Both the position numbers and the translations under genes were made by a program. The notes below the pieces were generated by a model. It saw only the letters and a list, made by a program, of their open reading frames with translations. It was not told the origin of the DNA and made no database searches. This document shows, one piece after another, positions 1 through 12,310 of a stretch of 64,000 bases of DNA (positions are counted from its first letter, which is position 1; every line of letters begins with the position of its first letter). Origin of the DNA: Takakia lepidozioides (Eukaryota; Plantae; Bryophyta); contig CM060731.1 in NCBI GenBank assembly GCA_030704615.1, positions 33,728,001 to 33,792,000 of the forward strand, written 5' to 3'.

Positions 1-265
1 TGAACTCCCAGGTTGCTGCCAATATCAAGTCAATGCCATTCCTCCTTAAGGTCGTAAGGAACCAGATCAACCAATATGCATCATTCAAAACATGATTGGG
101 GTAACAATTTTGAATAATTTTTTTGACATGATATTGGGGGTTTTTATGTGGTTCGTCAGGAAACCAGGGCAAGTGACCCGGTAGTGGTAATGGAGCCAAA
201 CCTGCTGGCACGACGATTTGGATATCTGGAACATGAGGTGCCGGTGGAGGTTGTGGTTGCGCCAT
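1..265 (-). pseudogene. Retrotransposon gag N-terminus (Ty3/gypsy, Athila/Tat-like), frameshifted, runs off the left edge
   Basis: Minus strand from ATG 265 reads MAQPQPPPAPHVP...HLPWFPDEPHKNPQYHVKK/IQNCYPNHVLNDAYWLIWFLTTLR, which fits the LPxF...P..H..F...FxxTL gag pattern. Confidence 0.6.
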
Positions 266-1187
266 TGAATCTCTTGGACTCAACGGTGGATTAGATGCCG
301 GGCTACTGGGTCTGGCCGGGCTTACAAGTGGAGATGATACTGAAGATTCAGAACTTTCAGAGTTTTGTCTGTTCAAAATCTACATTCAAGTGACCTAGGG
401 GTTGATTAATCAAATTTTCTTCCGTCTCTTTGATGAGCCCTGGACACACGCGGTCAGGGTGACGACATAGTAGCTAGGTGGGGTCGAGGTGTGTAGCGGA
501 ATGGGTTGGGCTCAAGAACTGCCCACCCGACTGTGGTTAGTGCAGGGGGTTCCGCGGCAATGCTAGTGGCGGTTGATAATCTAAATCTAATTCTACCGGC
601 AAAGAAGAATCCAAGTTCTCTTTCACAGAGCAAGGTTGCGTTTCTACGTCCTACGATATATTTTTGTATTTCTAGTCTTGTCAATTGCCTTCCAAGTCTT
701 TGTTTATTAGCTACTTCCTATGGGCCTAAACCCCCGAACCGCTTATAGCCGGGACTCAATCCGTCGTCCCTTCACAAAGCACCTACCGGGTTTAGGGAGG
801 AAGAGAGACCCTCTCTTCCCAATGCCGGTCCAATTCCTGAGTGGTTGAGTTCAACCACCTCTCAGGAAGGGCCCAAACATCTTTTGAAATTTCCCAAATC
901 TAGGTGTCTAAAGGGGTCAATTTAAATACAAGTCTCTAGGACTAATTTCTCATATTTTCCATATAAGCAAAATACAACAAATAAATAAATAAATAGGAAA
1001 ATAATAATAAAAATACCACTGGACAGGGAATCTTCTCTATATTCTGGATCCAAAAATTACGCAGGGGGTGTAGGGAACTCCCCGGGAACTCACCTTATCT
1101 GTGGGAATCCCGGAGAACCGATCCCAAGCGGGGAATTGTCGCCTCTGCCTTAATGGATGAAAAACAGAGAGGCAGATGAAGATCGTT

Positions 1188-1203
1188 GTTCATCCGCCAG
1201 CCA
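1188..1203 (-). promoter_or_regulatory. Putative primer-binding site
   Basis: Minus strand ...CCATGCA-AGTTT-TGGCTGGCGGATGAAC: CA end, 5-nt spacer, then TGG, upstream of gag, as in Athila-type elements. Priming tRNA not identified. Confidence 0.4.
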
Positions 1204-1208
1204 AAACT

Positions 1209-4052
1209 TGCATGGTTTTTTGCCTTAATCTACCCTCCGTAGTGGGACCAACCTTTTCCACCTCCAGGCGCTTCTAGAATATAATTAAATAAGTGAGAAA
1301 ATACGCTTTTCTACCTTAGAATAAATCGTCCTCTATCTCTCACCACTTACTATTCAACGCCAACTAACAAACACCACCTAGCCATCCAAGAGGATGAGGG
1401 AGAACCTTTTTGACAGGTCTCTTGGATGATTTCCATTAAAATATTTGTTTATTGCACTTTAGTAGTTTTAAATTATATCTCCCTCTAGTTTATAATAGTT
1501 TAAGATTATCCTACAATAATTTAAGAGTCCAGAAAGAGTATAAAAGAAGAGCAATGCTTCATTGTTCTTCACCTAGTTCATTTGCTTGCTTTGCTCTTGC
1601 TTTGTTATAGTCTAGTTTGCTTGAGGGAGCCTAGGTCCTAGGGAGTGGAGCATGAAGCTCCCTAGTGTAGGAAAGTGTTGCTAGAACTAAGGCAAGGTGT
1701 CTAGTTCTTGGTTGGCTTTTAAGCCATTTGGTTTTATAAAAGAGGAAGTTTGTGATCACAAGGAGAGTAGATTGGAGAGACTTGGGACGAGTAGAGAGCT
1801 GTGGGTGGAAGAAGTTGACAAGCACCTAGGAGGGCCTCAAAAGTGCCACACCATCGAGCCATTAGAGCATCCCAAGCTCACATTGCTTCTAAGGTTGATA
1901 CACCACTCCCCTTGCTTTGTATTTGTTATAACCTTTTTGACATTCCATGTGGAGTGTTCAAGACAAGCCCATGTGTAGTTGTCTCTTATCTGTGAAAAAC
2001 TAACCATCTAAGGAAAAACGAGAGTTTGTTTATGTGTGGTTATTTCTTTATGCTTGGGAAGCATTGACCCTCTAAGGAAGAGGCGGGCTTGTTGATGAAA
2101 GTTGCTAACTAGTGGAGGGAGAAAATACTCCATTGAGTGGTGGAAATGTGGATGAAAGAGTATTTCATGTAGGCTAAAAGTGGGAAGACCTCTTAAGCCA
2201 TAGATCATAAGGATCCATTATGTATTGCATTTATGTTGAGGTGTGAGTTTTTAAAGTAAAGGAGGTCAGTGAAGGAGAGGACCAGCAAATGTAGTTAGTG
2301 GCTATACTAACTTACTAACCCCCCCTAAAAGGCAAGAGAAAGCTTAGGCTTTAAGGGGGTTTGTTTTTTTTGTTTTTTTCCAATTATTAGGCACCATTGA
2401 AGCCCGCTCTAGTGGGGTGGAATTGCCATAGCCTTTAGGCTCAAGAGATATACGAGCGCGGGGTCCTCACAGCCACGCGCCATGGCGCAGACAGCCGTGG
2501 ATCCCCCGTTGACTGGGGTTTGTACTTGAAGAGACGTACAACACGCGTGGCCAGCAGAAGCGTGCGGGCAGAGAGCCTCGTGCCAGGGACCGCTGGATGG
2601 CGAACCGTTGGACGGCCAGAAGATAACACTGCACGGACCACGCGGTAATACGCTGGCGCGGGCCGCGCCTGAACGCACCCCGCCATGTCTTTTGGGCGCC
2701 TTTACCCAGATGCATGAAAAGGGGGTCTTTTGCACCTACCTCTATTGAATATTGGCGTAGCCCCCTTAACGTTGATTTTTGTTGTATTGAGGGATTGAAT
2801 GATAGGAAAATTCGAAGAGTTGGGAAGGAGATAGCCTAGTGTAAGGCCTCTCTTCTAAGCCGAGGCTCCGAGGTTGAGGATCCCCGAGCTCGGAGCTACA
2901 CACCGGGACAACGGCGGGAAAATTTTGGATGCAAAATAATCTATCCTAGTTTCAAGGCTACACAAATAACCCCTAGGGCGAATTTGAGCCTTTTCCTCCA
3001 ATGAAATACATAGAAAATCATTTAAATCGATCGTCGCAAGTGCCGTAGGCTTTGTAATTCGATGCTGCTGCTAACCTTAACCATAAATCACAAAACTTGG
3101 TGATAAATTATGATTAGGTGCTCCGTAAATGCATGTAAATTCTCAGATCAATCGGAGTTAAAAAACCATTTCCAAACGTCGTTCTCCGTGGATCCGTCAT
3201 ATAGGAAGTTCGTTGCTTCCTTGGAAAAATATTCTTAAGGTGATGCCCCTAGAGTTCCTGACCTTGCCACTTGATTATAAAAAGCTTGGAAGTCACTTCC
3301 AACTACCATTTGCACCATCGGCTTGGCCACGCTTCGCTCCGAAGTCGTCCGTTCTGCCGTCGTTCCGATGCAGCGTCCTGTTGTTGTTGCGATATCTCAT
3401 CGCTATACAATTCCTAACTCTAAATTTCCAAGTGCCCTTACTGTATGAACCTACTGGATAAGATAAAAGGAAAACAGACAGATCATAACCCGTCCTCATA
3501 GTCGTTCTCATACAGTTCAAATCCAAGTTGCCGCTATTTGTACGAGTTAGTAGCATACTACGTTGTGTTTGCAGCTTCATACTGTCATTTTAACGTTAGA
3601 ATAATACTCGATGTCTGTCTCAGACCTTATCTTAGTTCTTAAGTGCTTCACCGGCGGTTCCAAGATAACTAACAACTTGTCATGTTTAGGAAGTACAATG
3701 CTGCCTGGCTAAAAATAAAAAACAATCCGAAAATAAAATTGTACCCATTTATGCATCTACACTCTTCTTCAGATGTTGTAACTTGGACTGTACTTCTTGG
3801 TATTTGAAAAAATCTTTCTCTAATTGTTGCACGAAATAATCTACATCTAAATTTATGATATATTCATTCGGAATCTGGGCTATGACTGTGATTAGAACTA
3901 GAAGCAGGACTCGACATTCATCGTCGCTACTTGGCTTATCTAGTTAGTGTTATCGATACTATCGACGCCTAATATGACCATGCATAACCATAACAACAAT
4001 GAAAGCATTCAAATTAATATATTGTAAATAAAAACGAGGCTGTGGGGGTACA
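1209..4052 (-). mobile_element. Putative long 5' LTR (~2.8 kb) of the gag-bearing element
   Basis: Minus strand begins TGTACCCCC at 4052 and ends TGCA at 1209 next to the PBS. Non-coding. Outer boundary unconfirmed because no second LTR is in the window. Confidence 0.4.
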
Positions 4053-4599
4053 TCAGCATGCAACTGCAGATGATACCGCGCGCCGCCTTTTGATGGGGGA
4101 GGTTGGTTACAATAATTACAATTTAATCTCTCTGCGGATCATGTAGTGTTTTTCTAAATACCGGCACTAGACACAATAGATAATCAACCTGCCATCTAAT
4201 GTGAGTTGCTATGGAAGATCTAAAGTGTAGGGCTCTTAAATAAATTCATGGGCACTCGCAGTTTGGCCACATTGGTCGGTCACGACACCAATAGAATCGT
4301 TGTTGACGTCCATCTTGTAGAATTTTATCCAACCAAGCTCGATCATTAATCCACATTCTTGTTTCGTGTATGGCAAGTCGATCGATGTAAGCTTCTACTA
4401 TAAACCTAATATTATTGTCTTTTTGCCAAAACCGTTTTCTAATGTACTTAACTCTTTCTGCAAAACACATCACCTCCACATTCCAAATACATGATTTTAT
4501 GCGCAATCGTACACCTCTCGATTTGTACATATCATCTGCAATTTATATTACTCAAACTTCTGTTGCGCATCTATTGCTACGCAATAGAAGTTGTGTACA

Positions 4600-5160
4600 A
4601 TTTTTTTTGAATGCGTAGATACTATAGTATATTAACAAGCCCTTAGTAGATGTATCTACTCGGTGTCATCTATACCTTCGACTGGTCCGGGTATGTCTAA
4701 GAACCGTCCGTCAAGTCACTCAAGCACAGAATTTGGAGAATCACTTGAATGTGGTATCTCCGCACTCCGACTTGGGGGATCTATGGCAGAGAAATTCTTG
4801 ATCTGGACTCCATGGGCTCAAAGCAAAGCTACAAGAAGCAGGAGACTCAGGATGGACATATAAGTCCCGGATTAATAGTGCTCGATGATGCCACTTCTAC
4901 TCAACAGCCCATATTGTTCCATACTACGCCTAGAATGGGAAGAAGTGTGCTGAAGGCCATTAACTGCAATGGCTCTACAAAGCAAATAAGACACCTGTCA
5001 TTTCAAATGATATTGGAAGGTGACTCATGAGCAAAGTACCCAATGAAAGATTGCTCAATCTAGTGTAGAATTGAAAAAACTCTACAATAGATGTCGTATA
5101 AGCCTCAGGTTTGGGAAGTCCTACTTTTACCTCGATGCAGGATCATTGATACTCTTCAAC
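4600..5160 (+). pseudogene. Highly decayed Mutator-like transposase remnant (region after the catalytic E)
   Basis: Weak peptide echoes (STGPG, RTPxLG...LDL..GS, VLKAINCN.ST..IRHL) of the 31020-31535 segment. The downstream SWIM part resumes at 13470. Confidence 0.35.
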
Positions 5161-5316
5161 GATCTTGAGGATTTTGCTCAGGCAACGATGTGTAATCTCT
5201 CTATGAGCTTCGGGCTCTCATTTTCCTAATCGACACAAGGAGATGGTGCGGTAATGTCAATGTATTCTCATTTCAAATGACACAAAGTTGATCGTGTTTT
5301 TTTTTAAATGTCTCGG

Positions 5317-5852
5317 GATGGTGTGGACGCCATCAGCTTTAAGGTATGCTTAAGTTGACTTGAGTTGTTTTATTTAAATTATTTACTTATTTGTTTTTGT
5401 GCTATAGATGATGTTCACACCACCAGCTTGAAGATAAACTTAAAAACTTTTAAATTTTAAGAAAAACATTTTTATTTTATTATTACTTCTATTTCTTTTT
5501 ACTACTACTATTACTACTACTTATTATTATTATTATTATTATTATTTTGTTCTCTGGATGGGATGAGACCATCAGCTTAAAAGTATGTTTAGATTTATTT
5601 TATTTCAAAAAATATTATATATATGAATGGCGCTGATGTCATCAGCTTGAAGATATGTTTGAATTTAATTGAATTTATTTTTAAAAAACAAAATGTTGTT
5701 ATTTTATTTTATTTTTTGCTCTAGATAGCGTTGACGCCATCAACTTTAAGATATGCTTAAATTTATTTGATTTGTTTTTAAGAAAAAACTATTTCCTCTT
5801 TGTTTCTTGTATGTCTTAGATGGTCTTGACGCCATCAGCTTAAGGGTATGTT

Positions 5853-5883
<31 letters not shown>

Positions 5884-5985
5884 GTTGATGCCCTCAGCTT
5901 GAAGGTATGCTTAAATTTATTTGAATTGTTTTTAGAAAAATGAAATTTTCATTTTATTTTATTTTTGATCCCAGATGGTGTTGAC
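5317..5985 (+). repeat. Array of ~40-bp palindrome-containing repeats with variable AT-rich spacers (continues at 13263-13390)
   Basis: Consensus GATGGCGT-TG-ACGCCATC-AGCTTGAAGATATGCTTAAATTT at about 5317, 5407, 5557, 5626, 5724, 5819, 5878, 5974 (split copy) and 13353. Confidence 0.85.
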
Positions 5986-7082
5986 CAATGTTGTCGGTTC
6001 TTTACAAAATTGATAACTTGCAGTTTCGGTTATATACTTAATTTGTTTTTTAATAAGGTAGAAACACCCAAATGTGTGCACTTAAGCAATATGACTCATA
6101 GGGCTCGGTGCAGCGAGGAGAAAATAATATGGTTGGATTAGCAATTCAACGAACAGGACCTCAGTAAATTCCAAAATTTTAGAGGCAAGTGGTCAATTGA
6201 TATGAATTATCAAAAGTGGTGGTACATAATTTCCTATGTCTGTGCACTAGACCCACCTAATGCTCACCCAAATTATATCTAATCTAAAACCTGCTCATGT
6301 ATCATATGCACAACTTGTGCATCTGAAAACATGCCATGTGTAAGCAATTAATAACTACCTTTAGACCTGCCAATGGCCTGGCCTGACATCTACAATGGTA
6401 TCGTAGGCATGCAAACTCAAAGCAGCAATGGCCTCAAAACTGATCACCTACAGTACGAAGTCTGTCCATGATGGTTCCCAAAAGTCATCCAACATGGATG
6501 AAATATTAAGCCCCCGTAATTGTATTCTTATCCTTGTTGGAACACAAAGCAATTCATTCCCCTCGCTAATACTCTTTTCTGTCAACCCTAACCTGTCCAT
6601 GTGGCGAACGCTATCAAACTCCCGCGCTCCTGTGAACTCCCGCCATCTCCAAAGGCTGTGAGTAAGCTTACCTTCATCTTCCTCGTTGACTTAAATTCAT
6701 GAGTGGTATTGGAGTCTATGGAAAAGGTGTACATTTGCACATTGCCATTTTTCTTTAAGATGCGACTGCCACTTCCGTGTTGTCACATTTTTTTCTTTGC
6801 GACTATCTGGCTTTTCTTCCGCAACTATTATTACTTAGTTGTCAATGTCATGGTCTGGGCCCTTGTTCTGTGGATTCGAGATGGATTTCCAGATGTTACA
6901 CCCGTGCTGGAAATACACCACATGGCTTGGTCTTATAATATGGTTTCGTCTCCTTATCAAGGCCGTTCAACAAGTCTATTTCGACAGGACCAGTGCTTTA
7001 GGGTACCGGCAATTTTTTCGTCTTGGCAATGTGTACTCATAACTACTTTCGACTTGTCCAGACATGTCTACGTATTGCCACC

Positions 7083-7780
7083 GTTGTCTGAAATGTGGCT
7101 TCTGAACAGGCAACTGCAACGCGAGTTCGTGCTTCTCAAGGTTGGCATGGTCCTTTTCCTGTCAATATGTTTTAACTTGAAATTCACAGCATTCTGTTAG
7201 ATGTTGAGATTTGTTGCACTTTGGGCACCTTGTTGGAAACTTGCTACAACATGCCAATCCCAGCGCTTAAATCAGGACTGTCGGCCTTATGATTGCTCTG
7301 GGTTATTTGAGACCAATTGACTAGCACCCTCTGAGAAGGCGAGGTCGGGGTAGCCATAGCTGTGTGTAAGTCTCTTCGAGTTTGAGTTGGAGTTTCATTC
7401 CTGGTGGCTTAGAACCCCAATACCATTTTTTGGGGAGGTATCTGTGGTGCAGACTCTGTCCTCTGGGCTATGCCTAGGCAACCTTCACAGAAAATGGTCA
7501 GTGCATATCTCGACATCATGTCTTGGTGATATAAAGTTCTCATTGGAAGTGCAGCTTTTATTTCCCTCAGGGTTCTAAACACGCAACCCAACTCTTAAGC
7601 GATATTGACAAACTTCTTGAACATCTAGAACTTGAGTCTATAATTTCAATTTTACATAATTTACAACTATGTTTTCTTGTGAGTGCAGCTTGAGGCACAA
7701 GACGTTTCTTTGACGCCTTTTTTGAGTTGGATCCATATCACCGGCATGGCTTCTTATCTTCCCGGCTCTACTTCGAAGAG
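7083..7780 (+). pseudogene. LCYB: Lycopene beta-cyclase fragment (two exons plus intron)
   Basis: 7083-7140 SEMWLLNRQLQREF-VLLK|gt and 7689-7780 ag|L..GTRRFFDAFFELDPYHRHGFLSSRLYFEE|gt match the plant LCYB C-terminus (LWPIERRRQREFFCFGMDILLKLDL.ATRRFFDAFFDL.P.YWHGFLSSRL), with small deletions. Confidence 0.85.
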
Positions 7781-8929
7781 GTAATTTGTGGTGCAAAGAG
7801 AGGCATTGAACTCGTGGTTATCTAAGGTAGTCATTGTAGCTTATACACTTCCACTTGGAATGAGGATTGAAGTATCTCTCTCCAACTGAAATTGACCTTC
7901 CACCCTAAGTCTAAAATCCATGGATGCTCCAATCAAAGGTACTGAAGTCTGAAACCATGTGTGATTGTGGTTGTGTGGGTGTGGAGGGCAGCTCCTTGGC
8001 TTTGTACATGCCAGCAACGCTCCACGGCTGGAGATCATGACTGTAGGAACAGTCTCACTTATCAAGATGCTTTCTAATCTATCGAAATAGAGGCCAGAAA
8101 AAAGAAAGCCTGATACGTAGTGTATTTTAGTAATTTCATGTTAATGTTTGCTGCAGAGGGCTTGTCAGTGAATTTGTTTGCAATAAATGTTGCATCGAAG
8201 CTACAAGCTGATAAAATTCAAACTGGCACATCTATGGTTACTTTAGTGAGGTTATGCAGGCAGAAATCCATCATTGTAGTCTATGGTTTGGATGCAAGGT
8301 TGGGGAAGGCATGGAGCTGACAGTGATTGATGTAAATCCCATCTGCAAAAGGTGGCTGGATGGGACAGCAATTGAGTTTCACCAATTAGAACTACTTGGT
8401 GAGGTCTAGTACATTATTTTTAAATTCTCTTACTGCAATTGTTGAGTCTTTTGCTGATTATGTCTTCGTGGGGTTATGAATGAATGGGTGGAATGGGCAG
8501 GTCTGATGAGTCTTCCATTGGGTATGATGCTGGCCCTTTGATCCCTAGCATTGCAATAGCAAGGTAAGGAGATATTTAGTTACCAGTGGTCCTGACTTCC
8601 TGTTCTCGGTGGCTTTGGTGTAATGTTAACAAAGAGGAACATTCCTTGATGTACGTGTTATTGATAGAGGGCTCATAGACCAGTGTTTTGGCTAGTCTAG
8701 TACCACTAAGTACTGCCGCATGACAGGAAATTCCTTAAACAATGGCAGACAATACTCATCACAAAAGCTGCAACATGTGTGGTCATGAGCAAGACTGGTT
8801 TCAATTTCAATTTTTGAAGTGCAGAACTCGTGACATTTTTGCATGGAAGCTGAGCTACTGGCAATAGGCTGTTAAAACCGAATGGCATTACTATGATGGC
8901 CCAGATCAGAAGTATGATGCAGTCCTATG

Positions 8930-10970
8930 TGAAGTCCTGTGTGTAGAGGTATTGTGGTCACTACAGGGGGGACTGGGCAGACGTTGAGGTGGCTTGTGTC
9001 CGCGCCCACTGCCTTGGCCCGACGTCGTTGCATCGCGATGCGTTGGTTATACCTAGAGATGGTCGGGGCACTGCCACAGTATGGAGCGAGGTAGCCGTTA
9101 GGGGAAATTGGGGATTCGTTTTGATTGTAGCATGCAGGCGATCACCTGCCGTTGCACACGTTTTGGCGCTCCACTGTGCATCAAACGCCTTCTTTTGGGC
9201 TCTCTCCTGTTGTCGTGCTCGTTTTTTATTTGCTGCCTCTTGTTGCTCAGCTGCTCGTTTTGCTTTGGCAGCTACTTGCTCTTCTTTCTTGCGTTCACGT
9301 GCTTGGATTGCTGCTTCTTTCGACTTGCCTTCTGTTCTAATGCAGCCAAATATGTGTCTGAGGTCATCATAATCGACTTGGAGTAGTCGATTATTGGTTC
9401 ATTTTTATTTCTCACCCTTCTGTGAGTGCCTGCAGGAACTTCAGGGAGAGTTAGGAAGCGGGATATGGTGGATGGACGTCCGCTTGAGACCTGGGTCGGC
9501 ACCACGGCGCAGTCTTTGTCCTGATCTACCTGCACATTGGAATCATGGCTTGATGAGAATTCAGGTCCACTCCCACCCGCCTGCACCTGTTCATCGTGAT
9601 GACTGCACTCCATCTCTACAAAATAGTCATGGTGGTCCTCATGGGTCTCAGGTACAATGTTGCCCAGAATCTCCTCCACATGCAATGCAGTAAATATGCG
9701 TTCGGACTCTTCTGTTGCGACAGACGACTCAGAAGCCACAATCGAAGACAACCATACAACAAGTGTCGATGAGTGACATGTGAATTGTGGCCGTCAAGGA
9801 TCAACAATTGTCGATTTGTCACGGTAATCTCATTGCCCATGGCCTTTGCCGATTCAATGAAATGAGAAATCCACTTACTGAACAATATGCTTGTCATCCA
9901 TGCCTTCTTTTGCATTGCCATTGTTGCTCCTGATTCGCATCTTGCAATGTAGTTCCTTCTGAATCGTTTTCCTTTGAATATATAAAAATTAGGAATGTGA
10001 CAACCTGCTGCATTCATGCAGGTTAAAACACTGAGCCATTCTCACTGATCTGGAGTAATCAAGTGTACAGCTCTTGTCCCTATTTTGGCAAGTACCACAG
10101 CACCACCATTCCTTCCAGATTGGCAGCCGGATTCATCACAGTTCCAAATTCTGGAGGCGTCATAGTTGTACTTCTTATAGATCAGATCTAGGTTAGTGTA
10201 GAAAGATTGAACATTGTCAGGGCAAAGTCCTCTAGCTCTCCCTGTCTCCAGTCCTTGAGCCACCCTCAAGTTCAGATCTGGATGCCTCCTCCGGAACCAC
10301 CTAACCCAATCATTCGCTCCTGAGTTATTTCAGCAACCTTCAACCGTAACTGAGTGAGTGTAAGAGGATGTCCGATCTCCAGCATTCTTTCTATGTATTT
10401 GACCAACTCTGATTCTTCAACAGCATCCAACGTGCCTTTGGAACCCCTGCGTCGTGTGGTAGTCACACCATACACATGATTTCTCAAGCTTGATGCAGGT
10501 ATACCAAAGGACTTGGCAACTGCTCGCATGTGCTCTCCACGATCGATTGTTGCCATGGCACCAGCAAGTGCCTTGTCCGACCAATTCCCATTTTCTCCTC
10601 CTTGGAGCTCTCTTGGGACGGCTACCCCAATTCCGAGCTGGTGGAGGTGCAGTGTTGTGATCAGAGTCAGGAAATCCACGTTCAGCCACTCTAGATTGGT
10701 CTTGGTCCCGCATGCTAGTATCTCTCATGGTATCCTCAGAACCTTGTCCAGCATTGAATTGTACACTGGCCCATGCCGGATCTTGGCCCCACTGAAAATT
10801 TGTAGGATCATCATCATCACTAACTTGACTGCCCTCACGTGAATGCATATCATTGTAAATGTTCTCTCTTGCCCTGAATCACTGGAATGATTCTCGATAT
10901 GTGCATCGTCCTCTACCTCAGTGTCAGGCAACAACCTGAATGCTTGAGAAGGCCTGAAATTTAGATCCAT
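8930..10970 (-). pseudogene. pogo-like transposase (HTH_psq, CENP-B HTH, DDE_1), disrupted
   Basis: WSDKALAGAM...VAKSFGIPASSLRNH, IWNCDESG, EWLSVLTCMNAAG, AWMT, LLILDGHNSH. The QPLD segment is deleted. Has stops, frameshifts and a K/R-rich coiled tail. Confidence 0.9.
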
Positions 10971-11498
10971 GACAATAAGCAGAAAGTGTGCAGTAGACCC
11001 CTTGTGGTTACTTGGTCAGGCCTGCTACACCACCACATATTACACATCACCCATCAAATGCAGATAGCATATACTTAGCCCATTCTGCCATTGGAGACAC
11101 CTCCAAAATCTGTTGTTGGAAGAAATGAACCCAACAAAGAGAGGATCTCAATTTGCCCCTGTAGAAACATAAGCAATGTGCAATCTTGATCAATGTAAGA
11201 GATTAAATAGAAGATTAACATTCATGACAACAACTACCTCTCATGAAGGGTAGTTCACAGCTCCCATGACAATTGAATAAATAAAAAATGTTAGTAAGCT
11301 AGGTTTCAACCTTCCATGCGCCATGTTATGTGCTATGATGTGTAGAATCTTCCCTCAGTTATGTCAACTTAGCCGCATCATTGTAGCGCTATCAAGTTGA
11401 ACTGGTAAACCAACATTTTTCAATTGATGGCCAGTACATGTATTCATGATCAATCCAACATGGATATTCCAGCACAGGCGTGTTTGGATGTTGAACGT

Positions 11499-11665
11499 TT
11501 CCCTGTTGCTTAAACTCTTGATCGTCGTCTGCTGCATTGGACCTGGATGTTGAAAGTGTCCCTGTTGCTTGAACTCTAAGCATTTCTGATCGTCGTCTAC
11601 TGCATTGGACCTAGATGTTGAAAGTGTCCCTATTGCTTGAACTCTAAGCATTTCTGATCGTCGTT
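11499..11665 (+). repeat. Tandem repeat, ~60-70-bp unit, about 2.5 copies
   Basis: TCCCTGTTGCTTGAACTCTAAGCATTTCTGATCGTCGTCT.CTGCATTGGACCT.GATGTTGAAAGTG repeated. Confidence 0.85.
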
Positions 11666-11999
11666 TCCAGTCTCTACTTAATTGGACCGTTGAACTTTTG
11701 CTGGTTCTTTGTATAAGACCTCTGGATGTAATCTGATTAAGTTAGCGCTGCTTCATTCTCTCTTCTAACGTGGGTCCAAGTTGCAAGCTATATCGGAGAC
11801 ATGTGTACATGTTACTTTCAACTTTTCAAGGTGTTTATTTATGTGAAATCATGCCTGCAGTTTCCAATGTCCCTAGCTTATGTGCTCGTTTACAACGTGA
11901 AACACACTATAGCAAACAACTCTCAAACGTAAAAATACTGTACATTGGACTTTTGTACTACACATGCATAGCTGAGGACATTTGTAGAAAAGTGAGAGT

Positions 12000-12310
12000 G
12001 GTCCCCCCTGTTATCACTTACTTGGTGAGTGCAGATGGTAGAGAGCGGTGGGCCCCTTCTTATATTTGGTGAGTGCAATGGTACACAGTGAGCAGTCGCG
12101 CCCCTCCTTACTTGTTGACTGCAGATATCTGATAACGTAACTTAGTAACGTAAGTTAGACAGTGAGCCGGGCCCTCTTTACACAAGGTGACTGTAGCTGG
12201 TAGCTAACTTAGAAAGTGAGCCCCCTCAAGCTCTTTACATTTGGTGACCGCAGATGGTTGAAAGTGAGTAGGCTCGACACCTTATTATACTTGTTGTGTG
12301 ATTTCAAATG
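12000..12310 (+). repeat. Degenerate ~45-55-bp subterminal tandem repeats of the pogo element
   Basis: Recurring CCCC..TT.TA(C/T)TTGGTGA(G/C)TGCAGATGGT...AGTGAG units. Confidence 0.6.

Noticed and set aside
5317-5985. CRISPR array
   Set aside because: Repeats are degenerate, spacers are low-complexity and unequal, there are no cas genes, and the context is eukaryotic TE
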